A DNA stretch of 45,798 bases from Myxococcota bacterium (GCA_022703255.1 JAKLDZ010000001.1:1-45798), one strand, 5' to 3'; positions 36,410 to 45,201 are shown, counted from the stretch's first letter. A program made the numbers and translations. The notes: generated by a model from the sequence alone, not told the origin.

Positions 36410-36602
36410 CGATTTCTCCTGAAGCCTCATGGATTGCGGCGGACGGTCTCGCCCGCCGACGTTGCGTTTGCGGCGAGCAAGAGCCCATGCGCTTGGACCA
36501 CGTCCGCGCGCTCGGGGATTGACCTCGGCGGCGGGCTCGGTGGTCCGATCATCGCGCGAAGAGCGGGCGCTCCGCAGAGCATGGCGCGCATGCTGACGCC
36601 GC

Positions 36603-36641
36603 TTGCCCCGGGGTGGCAAACGATAATTTGTCGGGTATACA
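36603..36641. promoter_or_regulatory. palindrome plus AT-rich promoter-like patch in the LysR/operon divergent region
   Basis: TTGCC-N7-GGCAA at 36603-36619. Candidate -35 TGGCAA (36614-36619), a 16-nt spacer, -10 TATACA (36636-36641), 12 nt before ATG 36654. This is the only strongly AT-rich stretch I noticed in the window. Confidence 0.3.
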
Positions 36642-36653
36642 TTCCGAAAAGTC

Positions 36654-37565
36654 ATGACCACGCGCCGCGTCCTCCCCTCCCTCTCCGCCCTGCAGTTCTT
36701 CGAAGCCGCCGCGCGTCACATGAGCTTCACCCAGGCCGCCCACGAGCTCAACGTCACCCAGAGCGCCGTCAGCCGCCAGATCCGCCACCTCGAGGACTAC
36801 ATCCGCAAACCCCTGTTTCTTCGCTACAAGCAGCGCCTCACCCTCACCGAAGCCGGTCAGGCCTACTCCCTCGCCGTCCACGAGCTGCTCGATCGCGCCG
36901 AGGCAGCCACCCTCCAGATCATGGCCTACGGGTGCGACGGCGGCCTGCTCACCATCGCGTCCCTGCCCACCTTCGGCTCTCGCTGGCTCGTCCCGAGGCT
37001 CAGCGACTTCGCCGTCAACCACCCAGAAATCCAGCTCAATCTCGTCACCCAGGTCAAGCCCTTCGACTTCGAGGGGAGCGACATCGACGCCGCAATTCAC
37101 TTCGGCACCGCGGATTGGCCCGGGGCGGTCTGCCATCGGCTCATGGGTGAGGTCGTGGTGCCCGTGGGAGCCCCGTCTCTCATCGCCTCGCGCTCCAAAC
37201 CCAGACGCCCCAGGGATCTGGCCCGGTATCCTCTGCTGCAGCACGTCACGCGCCCCGAAGCCTGGCAGGATTGGCTCCGCGCCTCCGGCATCGACGACCT
37301 CGACGCCCACGCCGGTCCGCGCTTCGAACAGTTCCACATGGTGATTCAAGCCGCCATCGCGGGCCTCGGCCTCGCCCTGCTCCCACGCTTCCTCATCCAG
37401 GAAGAGCTCGCCTGCGGTCGCCTCGTCGTGGCCATCGACCGTCCGATTCGCTCCGATCGCGCCTACTACCTCGTCCACCCCGAGAGGAAGGCTGCCTTGC
37501 AGCGCGTCGTCGTGTTCCGCGACTGGCTCCTGGGTCAGTGCTCCCCCCACGACCGCGACGCGTGA
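36654..37565 (+). CDS. LysR family transcriptional regulator (GcvA-like)
   Basis: HTH SFTQAAHELNVTQSAVSRQIRHLE, 303 aa, divergent from the lyase, CoA-transferase and dehydratase operon. Confidence 0.9.
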   Translation: MTTRRVLPSLSALQFFEAAARHMSFTQAAHELNVTQSAVSRQIRHLEDYIRKPLFLRYKQRLTLTEAGQAYSLAVHELLDRAEAATLQIMAYGCDGGLLTIASLPTFGSRWLVPRLSDFAVNHPEIQLNLVTQVKPFDFEGSDIDAAIHFGTADWPGAVCHRLMGEVVVPVGAPSLIASRSKPRRPRDLARYPLLQHVTRPEAWQDWLRASGIDDLDAHAGPRFEQFHMVIQAAIAGLGLALLPRFLIQEELACGRLVVAIDRPIRSDRAYYLVHPERKAALQRVVVFRDWLLGQCSPHDRDA

Positions 37566-37567
37566 CC

Positions 37568-37585
37568 CTGGCGGCCGCCAGTTTT
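37568..37585 (+). terminator. GC hairpin plus T4 directly after the LysR stop; first half of a palindrome doublet
   Basis: CTGGCGGCCGCCAG (37568-37581) followed by TTTT. A second unit TGGCGGCCCGCC lies at 37589-37600. The same doublet occurs at 693-727. Confidence 0.4.
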
Positions 37586-37766
37586 CGGTGGCGGCCCGCC
37601 GGATCCACGTTTCTCTCTGGGATTTCCCTCCGAAACGCCTCCGCCTGGCGGAATGTCCCCCCCGCTCCGCCACCCCGTCGTCGTGCGTTCTTCGAGATTC
37701 AGGCCCCAATCCGCCCAGCTCCCCGATGGCACGGAGGCTGCTCTGCGTGCTTCCCAGGAGGTGACC

Positions 37767-37853
37767 ATGAATCGGTCCTCGTCGACACCGCTCGTCGTTC
37801 CCTGCCCCTCGCATGCAGCAATCCAGCCCCACGCCCAGGAGGTCACACGATGA
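37767..37853 (+). CDS. candidate 28-aa upstream small ORF, translationally coupled to the next gene
   Basis: AGGAGG lies 6 nt before ATG 37767. The ORF reads MNRSSSTPLVVPCPSHAAIQPHAQEVTR, and its TGA (37851-37853) overlaps ATG 37850 as ATGA. GC3 is about 70%, lower than neighbouring genes, so coding status is uncertain. Confidence 0.3.
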   Translation: MNRSSSTPLVVPCPSHAAIQPHAQEVTR

Positions 37854-38251
37854 ATGCCTATCACCAGCAGATCGCCGACCTGCGTGATCTCGCCCGCACC
37901 AGCCACCTCGACGCCGTCGTGGAGCGCTTCCTCGAGAGCCTCGCGATGAACCCGGACTTCCACCTCGATTCCCGTCCGGAGCAGGCCTCGGTGCTCGAAG
38001 CCGTCGTGTCCGCCACCCTCACGCACCTCACCGGAACACAGCACGCCCTGCGCTGCGAGCTCTTGCGCTGCGAAGGCACCGACCTGATTCACGGTGTGTG
38101 CGTCGGCGACGGCTACCTGCTGTACCTGCTCTTCTTCGAGGACGACCGGGTCGGCGTCGTCAGCGCCGTCATCTGCCCGCCCGGCCAGCGCACCTGGAAC
38201 GCCCGGATCCGTTTCGACGTGCTCGCCGTCGGCAAGCGGGAGCTCAACTGA
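37850..38251 (+). CDS. hypothetical protein, 133 aa
   Basis: AGGAGG lies 8 nt before ATG 37850. GC3 is high throughout. MNAYHQQIADLRDLARTSHLDAVVERFLES...GYLLYLLFFEDDRVGVVSAVICPPGQRTWNARIRF. I recognise no family. Confidence 0.7.
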   Translation: MNAYHQQIADLRDLARTSHLDAVVERFLESLAMNPDFHLDSRPEQASVLEAVVSATLTHLTGTQHALRCELLRCEGTDLIHGVCVGDGYLLYLLFFEDDRVGVVSAVICPPGQRTWNARIRFDVLAVGKRELN

Positions 38252-38275
38252 CCCCGCCGAGCGCAACCCGCACCG

Positions 38276-39154
38276 CTACGGCACGGCGTGTACGCCCCGC
38301 ACCCCGAGGGCGATGTCCAGTCGCACCATGCCCCGGCCTTCGAGTGCTGATTGGCACGCATCGCAGGCCGCGGCCTCTCCCGCGCACAACACCACGTCGC
38401 CTCCGCCCGCGCCCGACGGGATCACCGCCACCCCTTCGACCTCGTCACGAAGCTCCTCGGGCACGATGGGCGCCCCCGCGGCGTCTCCCATCGACGCGAG
38501 CTCCGAGACCTGGTCTCGCAGCGCTCCCACGAACGACTCCACCGTCCCGCCCGAGGCCGCCCTGCGCGCTGCGTCCGTCAGCCGCGCGATGCGAGCCGCA
38601 TAAGCTTCGTGATCCGAACGAGCATACGCCCGCACCCGCGCCAGCATGTCCCGCGTCGACGCCTCCCGATCCGTGGCGTACACGTCGATCCGAAGCCCGG
38701 CAGGCAACACCTGCGCCCGCGACCGCACCGCCCCGCCCGCGTCCAACCAGCACACCCGCGTGGCTCCGTACCCGCTCGTGATCACGTCGATCCCGCTGCC
38801 CCCCCCTTGCGCCTCCCGATGCGCCCGCAACGCCACCGCGAAGACCCGATCCGCCAGCCCCGCGTCGTCGAGCTCAGGTCGCTCCCGCAGCGCCCTGGCC
38901 GCCAGCGACGCGACCACGATCGCCGCGCTGGAGCCCAACCCGATCTTGCGACCGTCGCGGCGCAGCTCCGAGGCGTCGAACCACGGGGCAGACGCCGAGC
39001 CGATGGCGCAGCGAACCTCGGGGGTGACGAAGTCCGCCTCCCGGCTGGCGTCGGCGATCACGTAGCGATCGACCGCCGTGACGATGGCCGGTGCGCCCTC
39101 GAGCACCGCGTAGGCTCCCGACAGCACGAGCTTGCCAGGGGCGCGCGCTCTCAT
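38276..39154 (-). CDS. mvaK2: phosphomevalonate kinase (GHMP kinase)
   Basis: APGKLVLSGAYAVLEGAPAIV N-terminus and the GHMP motif KIGLGSSAAIVVA. The ATG overlaps the mvaD stop (ATGA). Confidence 0.8.
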   Translation of the reverse strand: MRARAPGKLVLSGAYAVLEGAPAIVTAVDRYVIADASREADFVTPEVRCAIGSASAPWFDASELRRDGRKIGLGSSAAIVVASLAARALRERPELDDAGLADRVFAVALRAHREAQGGGSGIDVITSGYGATRVCWLDAGGAVRSRAQVLPAGLRIDVYATDREASTRDMLARVRAYARSDHEAYAARIARLTDAARRAASGGTVESFVGALRDQVSELASMGDAAGAPIVPEELRDEVEGVAVIPSGAGGGDVVLCAGEAAACDACQSALEGRGMVRLDIALGVRGVHAVP

Positions 39155-40146
39155 GCCTCCTCCAGCTCGACTGTGGCATCGCCTCCCACGCGCGAGACGA
39201 TCGTGTCCACCACGCCGGGAAGGGATGCCAGCTCCTGGCGCACGCGCTCCGCATCCCCGCCCGTGGTGAGCACCTTCACGTGCGGACCCGCGTCGATGGT
39301 CGCCCATGCAGCCACCCCACGGTCGCGCATCGCGCGCACGGCGTGGACGCACCCCAGGGTCGAAGGCTCCAGGTAGATCAGGGCGGGACCGGCAGCCATC
39401 GCACAGGCGTGCATGGCCAGCGCGCTCTGCTCGGCGGCTTCTCCGAGGGCCCTCAGATCCCTGGCGAGCACCGCGCGCTCGACCTCTGCGGAAAGGCGTT
39501 GGCACAGCGCGATCCAGCCTGGGTAGTACGGGCTCGTGCGCGCAGTGTGTCCCATCCCCTCCGTGGAGCCGACCTTCTTCGGCCCCTTGGTGGTCACGGC
39601 CACCACCACGCGCAGGTCCCAGTGCGAAGCCGGGGCAACCGGCTCCGCAGGCAGGAAGGCGTCGCCGGGTTCGCCGGCGCGCAGACGCACGAACCCGCCG
39701 TGGATGCTCCGTGCGGCCGAGGCGCTGGACCGCCTCGCCAGATCGCTGGCGCGGTCGCGATCGAGCTCCAGCCCCGCCGCGCTCCGTGCAGCAATCGCGA
39801 GGGCGGCGAAGCCCGAGGCGCTCGACGCGAGCCCCGAGCCGGTCGGAAAAGAGTTGCGGCTCGCAACCCGGGCGCGCGTCTCGATGCTCGCCGCTCGCCG
39901 GACCCGATCGAGCAGCGCCGTCACCCGCTCCAACGCCCGCCCCTCCGCCTCGCGGCCGTCGAGCTCGAGCCGATCGACCGCAAGCGACGGATCGAACCGC
40001 ACCTCGGTCGTCGTCGTCAGCGCCTCGAGCGTGACCGATACGCTCGTCACCGCCGGCACGTTGTGCACGTCGTCGGCCTTGCCCCAGTACTTGGCGAGGG
40101 CGATGTTCGCGTGGGCTCGCGCCACCGCGCGTCTGCCAGAGTTCAT
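39151..40146 (-). CDS. mvaD: diphosphomevalonate decarboxylase
   Basis: ANIALAKYWGKAD, SFPTGSGLASSASGFAALA and SAARSIHGGFV motifs. 331 aa. Confidence 0.9.
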   Translation of the reverse strand: MNSGRRAVARAHANIALAKYWGKADDVHNVPAVTSVSVTLEALTTTTEVRFDPSLAVDRLELDGREAEGRALERVTALLDRVRRAASIETRARVASRNSFPTGSGLASSASGFAALAIAARSAAGLELDRDRASDLARRSSASAARSIHGGFVRLRAGEPGDAFLPAEPVAPASHWDLRVVVAVTTKGPKKVGSTEGMGHTARTSPYYPGWIALCQRLSAEVERAVLARDLRALGEAAEQSALAMHACAMAAGPALIYLEPSTLGCVHAVRAMRDRGVAAWATIDAGPHVKVLTTGGDAERVRQELASLPGVVDTIVSRVGGDATVELEEA

Positions 40147-40172
40147 TCCGCTTCGCTCCGCTTCCTTCGCCC

Positions 40173-41072
40173 TCAGCTCACGGGCGCCCAGCAGTGCGCA
40201 CCCTTCCTCGGCGCGCTTGCCACCACCACCCCCGCAAGCTCGCCGAGCCCTGCAACCCGGACCGAGACGCGATCGCGATCGCGCAGCACCGGCCGTCCCT
40301 CTCCCCCGGCCACCGCCAAGGGACCGCAAGCGATGACGTCGCCCGCGAACAGATCCGCGCCCTCGCTCGCGAACGCGATCATCTCGCCGAAGGATGCCCG
40401 CCACGGGTCGCGTCGGCTCGCTGCAACCACGTGGCCGTTGACCAGGAGCGATACTTCGGAATCCGAAGGATCGAAGCGTTCGTGCGACGCGGTGAGCAGC
40501 GGGCCGAGCTGGCCGAGGCGGAAGCTTCCCCACCCCGGCGACAGCGCCTCTCGCGAGGGGAAGGTCCACAGCGAGATCGGCGCATAGCCGACGATCGCCC
40601 GCTCCGCCTGCTCGAGTGTGGCACTGCGCAGGTCGTCCCCGAGGATCGCCGCAATCCCCGCGTCGAGGCGGGGAGCGGTCTCGTCGGAGGGAACCGGCAG
40701 CGGCGCCTCGTGGCCGAGCAGACAGCGACCGAAGCCCCGACGGAACGACGGGGCAGCTTGCGGGCGCGGCTCGAAGAGCAGCAGCGCCGGGTTGGCGAGG
40801 GTCGGGACCATCCACAGGCACTGGGAGGGGTCGAGCACCGTCGAAGGCGGGGCCTCTCCGTCGGCAAGGCAGTCCACCAGCTCCTCGAGGCCGGCGAGCC
40901 CGAGGGAGAACACACGGCGACGGAAGCTGGACACCTCCGCGAAGCGCTGCGGTGAGGTTTCCAGCTCGAACAGCCGCTCGAGCTCCGCCACGCTCAGCAG
41001 GCGCCCGCGATACTCGACCGCGAGTACCTCGGCTCCGTCGTGCAGCACATGAGCGAGTCGCAAAGGGTCCAT
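40173..41072 (-). CDS. fumarylacetoacetate hydrolase (FAH) family protein
   Basis: ATG 41072. The C-terminal half follows the FAH-fold pattern: LDAGIAAILGDDL...IVGYAP, LLVNGHVVAAS, SFGEMIAFASEGADLFAGDVIACGP and RVSVRVAGLGEL. It ends 26 nt before mvaD. Confidence 0.75.
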   Translation of the reverse strand: MDPLRLAHVLHDGAEVLAVEYRGRLLSVAELERLFELETSPQRFAEVSSFRRRVFSLGLAGLEELVDCLADGEAPPSTVLDPSQCLWMVPTLANPALLLFEPRPQAAPSFRRGFGRCLLGHEAPLPVPSDETAPRLDAGIAAILGDDLRSATLEQAERAIVGYAPISLWTFPSREALSPGWGSFRLGQLGPLLTASHERFDPSDSEVSLLVNGHVVAASRRDPWRASFGEMIAFASEGADLFAGDVIACGPLAVAGGEGRPVLRDRDRVSVRVAGLGELAGVVVASAPRKGAHCWAPVS

Positions 41073-41264
41073 GATCCACCGGGCGCTCCCAGCTTCGGAA
41101 CGCTCGTGGAGTCTGCCATGCGATGCGCCCGTCGTCACGCCCGGGCGCGTCCTCGGACCGCGCTCTCCGCCCCCCCCCGCGCCCGAGGGGGAACCGCCCC
41201 ACGATGTTGGGGGAAGGCGGGGGTACCCTCCGCGCCCGCGATCGTCTAAGACCCCTCCGTCGCC

Positions 41265-42452
41265 ATGAACATCTCCCAACGCGGCCACAAGGTCCCCCCA
41301 TCCCCCATCCGCAAGCTCGTTCCCTTCGCCGAAATGGCCAAGGACAACGGCGTCGTCGTGCACCACCTGAACATCGGCCAGCCCGATGTCCACACGCCTC
41401 CGCAGTTCTTCGAGGCCCTGAGCGGCTTCCCCGATCGCACCGTTGCCTACGGCCACTCCGCGGGCTTCGCCTCGCTTCGCAAGGCCATGGCCGGCTACTA
41501 CCGTCGCGTCGGCTACGACGTCGAAACCGAACACGTCACCGTCACCACCGGCGGCTCCGAAGCGATCCTGTTCGCCATGATGGCCATCTGTGATCCCGGC
41601 GACGAGATCATTTGCTTCGAGCCGTTCTACACGAACTACAACGGCTACGCCGTGCAGGCGGCGGTCCAGCTCAAGCCTCTGCGCTGCAACATCGAGGACG
41701 GCTACCACCTGCCCCCTCGCGAGCGCATCGAGGCGCTCATCACCCCGCGCACGCGGGCCATCATCGTCTGCTCCCCCAATAACCCCACGGGGACCGTCCT
41801 GCGCCGCGACGAGATGCAGACCCTGGTGGACATCGCGCGCGAGCGCGATCTGTTCCTGATCAGCGACGAAGCGTATCGCGAGTTCGTGTACGGCGAGGTC
41901 CCCCACACGGGCGTGCTCGAGTTCCCCGAGATCGCGGACCGCGCGGTGCTCATGGACTCGCTCAGCAAGCGCTACAGCCTGTGCGGAGGACGGGTTGGCT
42001 GCCTGGTCACCCACAACCCCGATCTGCGGCGCACGTTCCTGCACCTCGGCCAGGCGCGCCTGTGCCCCCCCTCCGTCGAGCAGCACGGCTCCATCCCGCT
42101 TCTCAGCCTCGAGAACGACTACTTCCAGCAGGTCCAGACCGAGTACAAGCTCCGTCGCGACACCGTGATGCGCGGGCTCCAGCAAATCCCCGGTGTCGTC
42201 TCACGCACGCCGGAAGGCGCCTTCTACGTCATGGCGCGGATCCCCGTGAAGGACTCCGGCCGCTTCGCCCAGTGGCTGCTCACCAACTTCCGGCTCGACA
42301 ACGAGACGGTGATGGTCGCGCCGGGTGACGGCTTCTACGCGACCGCGGGGCTCGGGCTCGACGAGATCCGCATCGCCTACGTGCTCGAGGTCCCCAAGCT
42401 CGAGCGCGCGATGTTCTGCTTGAAGGAAGCCCTCGCCCAGTACCAGGACTGA
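41265..42452 (+). CDS. class I/II pyridoxal-phosphate aminotransferase (aspartate/aromatic type)
   Basis: PPSPIRKL, NIGQPD, SPNNPTG and DSLSKRYSLCGGRVG (PLP lysine) motifs. 395 aa. Confidence 0.9.
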   Translation: MNISQRGHKVPPSPIRKLVPFAEMAKDNGVVVHHLNIGQPDVHTPPQFFEALSGFPDRTVAYGHSAGFASLRKAMAGYYRRVGYDVETEHVTVTTGGSEAILFAMMAICDPGDEIICFEPFYTNYNGYAVQAAVQLKPLRCNIEDGYHLPPRERIEALITPRTRAIIVCSPNNPTGTVLRRDEMQTLVDIARERDLFLISDEAYREFVYGEVPHTGVLEFPEIADRAVLMDSLSKRYSLCGGRVGCLVTHNPDLRRTFLHLGQARLCPPSVEQHGSIPLLSLENDYFQQVQTEYKLRRDTVMRGLQQIPGVVSRTPEGAFYVMARIPVKDSGRFAQWLLTNFRLDNETVMVAPGDGFYATAGLGLDEIRIAYVLEVPKLERAMFCLKEALAQYQD

Positions 42453-42664
42453 CCCTCTCCGCCGCTCGTCACGCTCGCCTCCGATTGTTTCGCCATCCGA
42501 CACGTTTCGAGCGTCCCTGCAGCCCCCCCCCGCACAACTGTACTCGGGCAGAGAAGCAGCGGCTCCGGTTGCCGTTGCGTCGGACCGCTCCGCCTGCGTA
42601 CACTCGGCGCAGTGTGCCGGGAGTCCCTCCCGGCCGCGCATTGACTCTCACGGATGGGCGGAGC

Positions 42665-43729
42665 ATGGGACTGACACGATTGAAGGGGTGGGGATGCGTT
42701 CGTGCCGGCGCACTGGCTTGCGTCGTCCTCGCGATGTCCGCAACGACGACGTCGTCGTTTGCGCAGACTGCCCAGGATCGGGCTGCCGCGCGCGACCTGT
42801 TCAACGAGGCCCGCAAGCTCGTCAAGGCGGGCGACTACGCTTCCGCCTGCCCCAAGCTCGAGGAGAGCCAGCGGCTCGACCCCGGCGTCGGCACCCTGTT
42901 CAACCTCGCCGACTGCTATGAGCACACGGGCAAGACCGCGAGCGCCTGGTCGATGTTCGCCGACGCCGCCGCGGCTTCGCGCGCGTCCAAGGAGCCCGAG
43001 CGGGAGAAGGCCGCTCGCCAGCGCGCCCAGGACATCGAGCCCAAGCTCCTTCGACTCAGCATCCTGATCCCGCCCTCGGTCGAGGTCGCCGGGATCGAAG
43101 TCCGCCGCGATGGCACCGTGCTCAACAAGCCGATGTGGGGTCAGGCCGTTCCGGTCGATTCGGGCGAGCACAAGATCCAGGTGACCGCGCCCGGCAAGAA
43201 GCCCTGGTCCGTCACCATCACGCTCTCCGGGGAAGGCAAGACCGAGACCGTCACCATCCCGAGCCTCGAAACCGAGACCTTGCCCCCGCCTCCTCCGGTC
43301 GCTCCTGCCGCCGCATCGTCGAGCGCCGCTCCTCCTGTCTCTACGAGCCCGCCTCCTGCCGTGCAGACGTCGCCCCCTGCGGGCAATGGCAGCAACCAGC
43401 GGATGATCGGTCTCGTGGCCGGCGGTGTCGGCATCGTCTCCCTCGGCCTGGCCGGCTACTTCGCGTATTCGACGAAGTCGAAGCTCAGCGATGCCGAGGC
43501 GTACTGCGTCGACACGAAGTGCACGGATCAGAAGGGCGTGGACCTGCACGACGATGCGGTGAAGAACGCGGACATGGCGAGCATCTTCAGCGCTATCGGC
43601 GCGCTGGGGCTCGTCGGAGGCGCCGTGCTGTACCTCACCGCTCCCTCGTCCCCGTCCACCTCGTCCGCCTCCAAGCGTCCCTTCCTGCTCGCAGGCCCCG
43701 GGTCGATCGTCGTGAAAGGAGCCTTCTGA
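42665..43729 (+). CDS. secreted/membrane protein: TPR-like N-domain, PEGA-like beta domain, Pro-rich linker, two TM helices
   Basis: Signal peptide GALACVVLAMSATTTSSFA. ARDLFNEARKLVKAGDYASACPKLEESQRLDP is TPR-like and SGEHKIQVTAPGKKPWSVTITL is PEGA-like. TM segments are IGLVAGGVGIVSLGLAGYFAY and IFSAIGALGLVGGAVLYL. Confidence 0.7.
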   Translation: MGLTRLKGWGCVRAGALACVVLAMSATTTSSFAQTAQDRAAARDLFNEARKLVKAGDYASACPKLEESQRLDPGVGTLFNLADCYEHTGKTASAWSMFADAAAASRASKEPEREKAARQRAQDIEPKLLRLSILIPPSVEVAGIEVRRDGTVLNKPMWGQAVPVDSGEHKIQVTAPGKKPWSVTITLSGEGKTETVTIPSLETETLPPPPPVAPAAASSSAAPPVSTSPPPAVQTSPPAGNGSNQRMIGLVAGGVGIVSLGLAGYFAYSTKSKLSDAEAYCVDTKCTDQKGVDLHDDAVKNADMASIFSAIGALGLVGGAVLYLTAPSSPSTSSASKRPFLLAGPGSIVVKGAF

Positions 43730-45201
43730 TGCGTGCGCGCGACATCGCGTGTCTGCTGGCGACCGCGGGGTTCGCGGCGCTGCTCGGGTGCCGCGGGATC
43801 CTGGGCGCCGAGAAGGCCGAGCTCGTCGAGTCGTCGGTCGATGGCGGGGCAGGGCAGGGGGGGAGCGCCGGAGCCGCTGGGCAAGCCGGAAGTGCGGGCG
43901 AAGCCGGGCAAGCGGGAGCCGCGGGTGACGCCGGGCAAGCGGGAGCCGCGGGTGACGCCGGTCAAGCGGGAGCCGCAGGCGAAGGCGGGCAGGCCGGTGC
44001 AGCCGGGGCCGACGCTGGTTCGCCCGGTCCGCTGAGGTGCTTCTCCGTCCATGACAGCACCGTTCTCGATCTCGGCACGGAACCGGGCGTCATCAGCGGG
44101 TTTGGCGCCTTGCACATCGCACGTCTCGCCAGCGACGACGCGGTGATCGCCACGACGATTCGGGACGCCGCCGACGACCCCAAGGCTTTCATCGCGCGCG
44201 TCGGTTCCAAGGGCGTGATTGCCCGCGGATACCTCCCCACGCCGGGGACGATCGTCGGCGTGCTCGCACACAAGGCCGGCTCCGTGGCCGTGTTGACCGA
44301 AGTCCGCGATTCCGCTTCGGTGAAGTTCAACGTGTTGGAGCTCGAAAGCGCGTTCTCCTCCTCCGACGTCGAGAGCGCCGGAACGGGCTCCGAGTTCACC
44401 ACCGTGGATGACCCGCTGACCGCTGGTACCGTCGTCTTCACCAGCTCCGGGGACCGCGACATCGTCATGACACGAGCTTCGGGTCAGGCCGTCTTCCTCG
44501 CCGTGCACGCCCCCTCCGTCACCATCAACCCGACGCTCCCGGTCCAGGAGGTTTCCCTCTCCGTCTCCGGCCCGATCGACCTCCAGGCCAAGGCGGTCGC
44601 CATCAAGGACCAGATCGTCGTCTTCGTGTCCTCGGAGGACACCAAGTCCCTGAAGGTGGTCAGCGCGTCCTTTGGCTCTCTCGCGAACCCGAAGACCTTC
44701 GACATCTCCACGGCGATGGGCGACGTATTCCCGTATCCCGACGGGACCGCGGGCGTGCTCATTGTCGGCAGCGCTGGGATCCCTCCGAACATGTACTTCG
44801 GTCCGATGACGAAGACCGATCTGGAAGCGTTCGACTGGCAGTCTCTCAAGGTGGACATGAGCGCCGTCACGCCGACGATCATGTCCTTCATCGGCGACCG
44901 CCACATGCTCGTCGGCAAGAGGTCATGGGTCTCCTTCGGCTACGCCGACAACATGACGAAGATCGGCTACACGTGGCTCGACAGCAACGGCGCCCTGCGT
45001 GCCCAGGCGTACCTCGATGGCTTCTCGCTGTCGTCGAGCAAGATCTTCGACAACGTCGCGGTCCCGGGTGACGACAGCTTCTACCCGATCCAGAGCACGC
45101 TCCACTACGGTTGGGTGGAGCACTTCAACGAGCCGAGCACCAAGCCGATCCTGCACTACATGAACGTCAAGTGCCAGCCCGTGGTCGACGCCGGGCCATG
45201 A
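43729..45201 (+). CDS. lipoprotein with collagen-like Gly/Ala nonapeptide repeats and a ~390-aa beta-rich domain
   Basis: The ATG overlaps the upstream stop (TGATG). Lipobox ALLGC, then five AGQAGAAGD-type units. I recognise no family for the remainder. Confidence 0.75.
   Translation: MRARDIACLLATAGFAALLGCRGILGAEKAELVESSVDGGAGQGGSAGAAGQAGSAGEAGQAGAAGDAGQAGAAGDAGQAGAAGEGGQAGAAGADAGSPGPLRCFSVHDSTVLDLGTEPGVISGFGALHIARLASDDAVIATTIRDAADDPKAFIARVGSKGVIARGYLPTPGTIVGVLAHKAGSVAVLTEVRDSASVKFNVLELESAFSSSDVESAGTGSEFTTVDDPLTAGTVVFTSSGDRDIVMTRASGQAVFLAVHAPSVTINPTLPVQEVSLSVSGPIDLQAKAVAIKDQIVVFVSSEDTKSLKVVSASFGSLANPKTFDISTAMGDVFPYPDGTAGVLIVGSAGIPPNMYFGPMTKTDLEAFDWQSLKVDMSAVTPTIMSFIGDRHMLVGKRSWVSFGYADNMTKIGYTWLDSNGALRAQAYLDGFSLSSSKIFDNVAVPGDDSFYPIQSTLHYGWVEHFNEPSTKPILHYMNVKCQPVVDAGP
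43876..44010 (+). repeat. 27-bp in-frame tandem repeat, 5 units (2 identical)
   Basis: GCCGGGCAAGCGGGAGCCGCGGGTGAC occurs at 43903-43929 and 43930-43956, with diverged units at 43876, 43957 and 43984. Confidence 0.85.

Noticed and set aside
34142-37150. 1002-aa + strand ORF spanning the CoA-transferase, lyase and LysR regions
   Set aside because: It runs antisense to two well-supported minus-strand genes, whose motifs are GIKVLDLTNVLSGP and HFHDTYG. It then continues out of frame across the LysR gene. Its sequence is Arg/His/Leu/Pro-rich with no domain signature.
43876-44010. CRISPR-like arrays (also the repeats at 1618-1674 and 15758-15796)
   Set aside because: All the tandem repeats are contiguous with no spacers, lie in frame inside ORFs and encode low-complexity peptide repeats. 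No cas genes are present.
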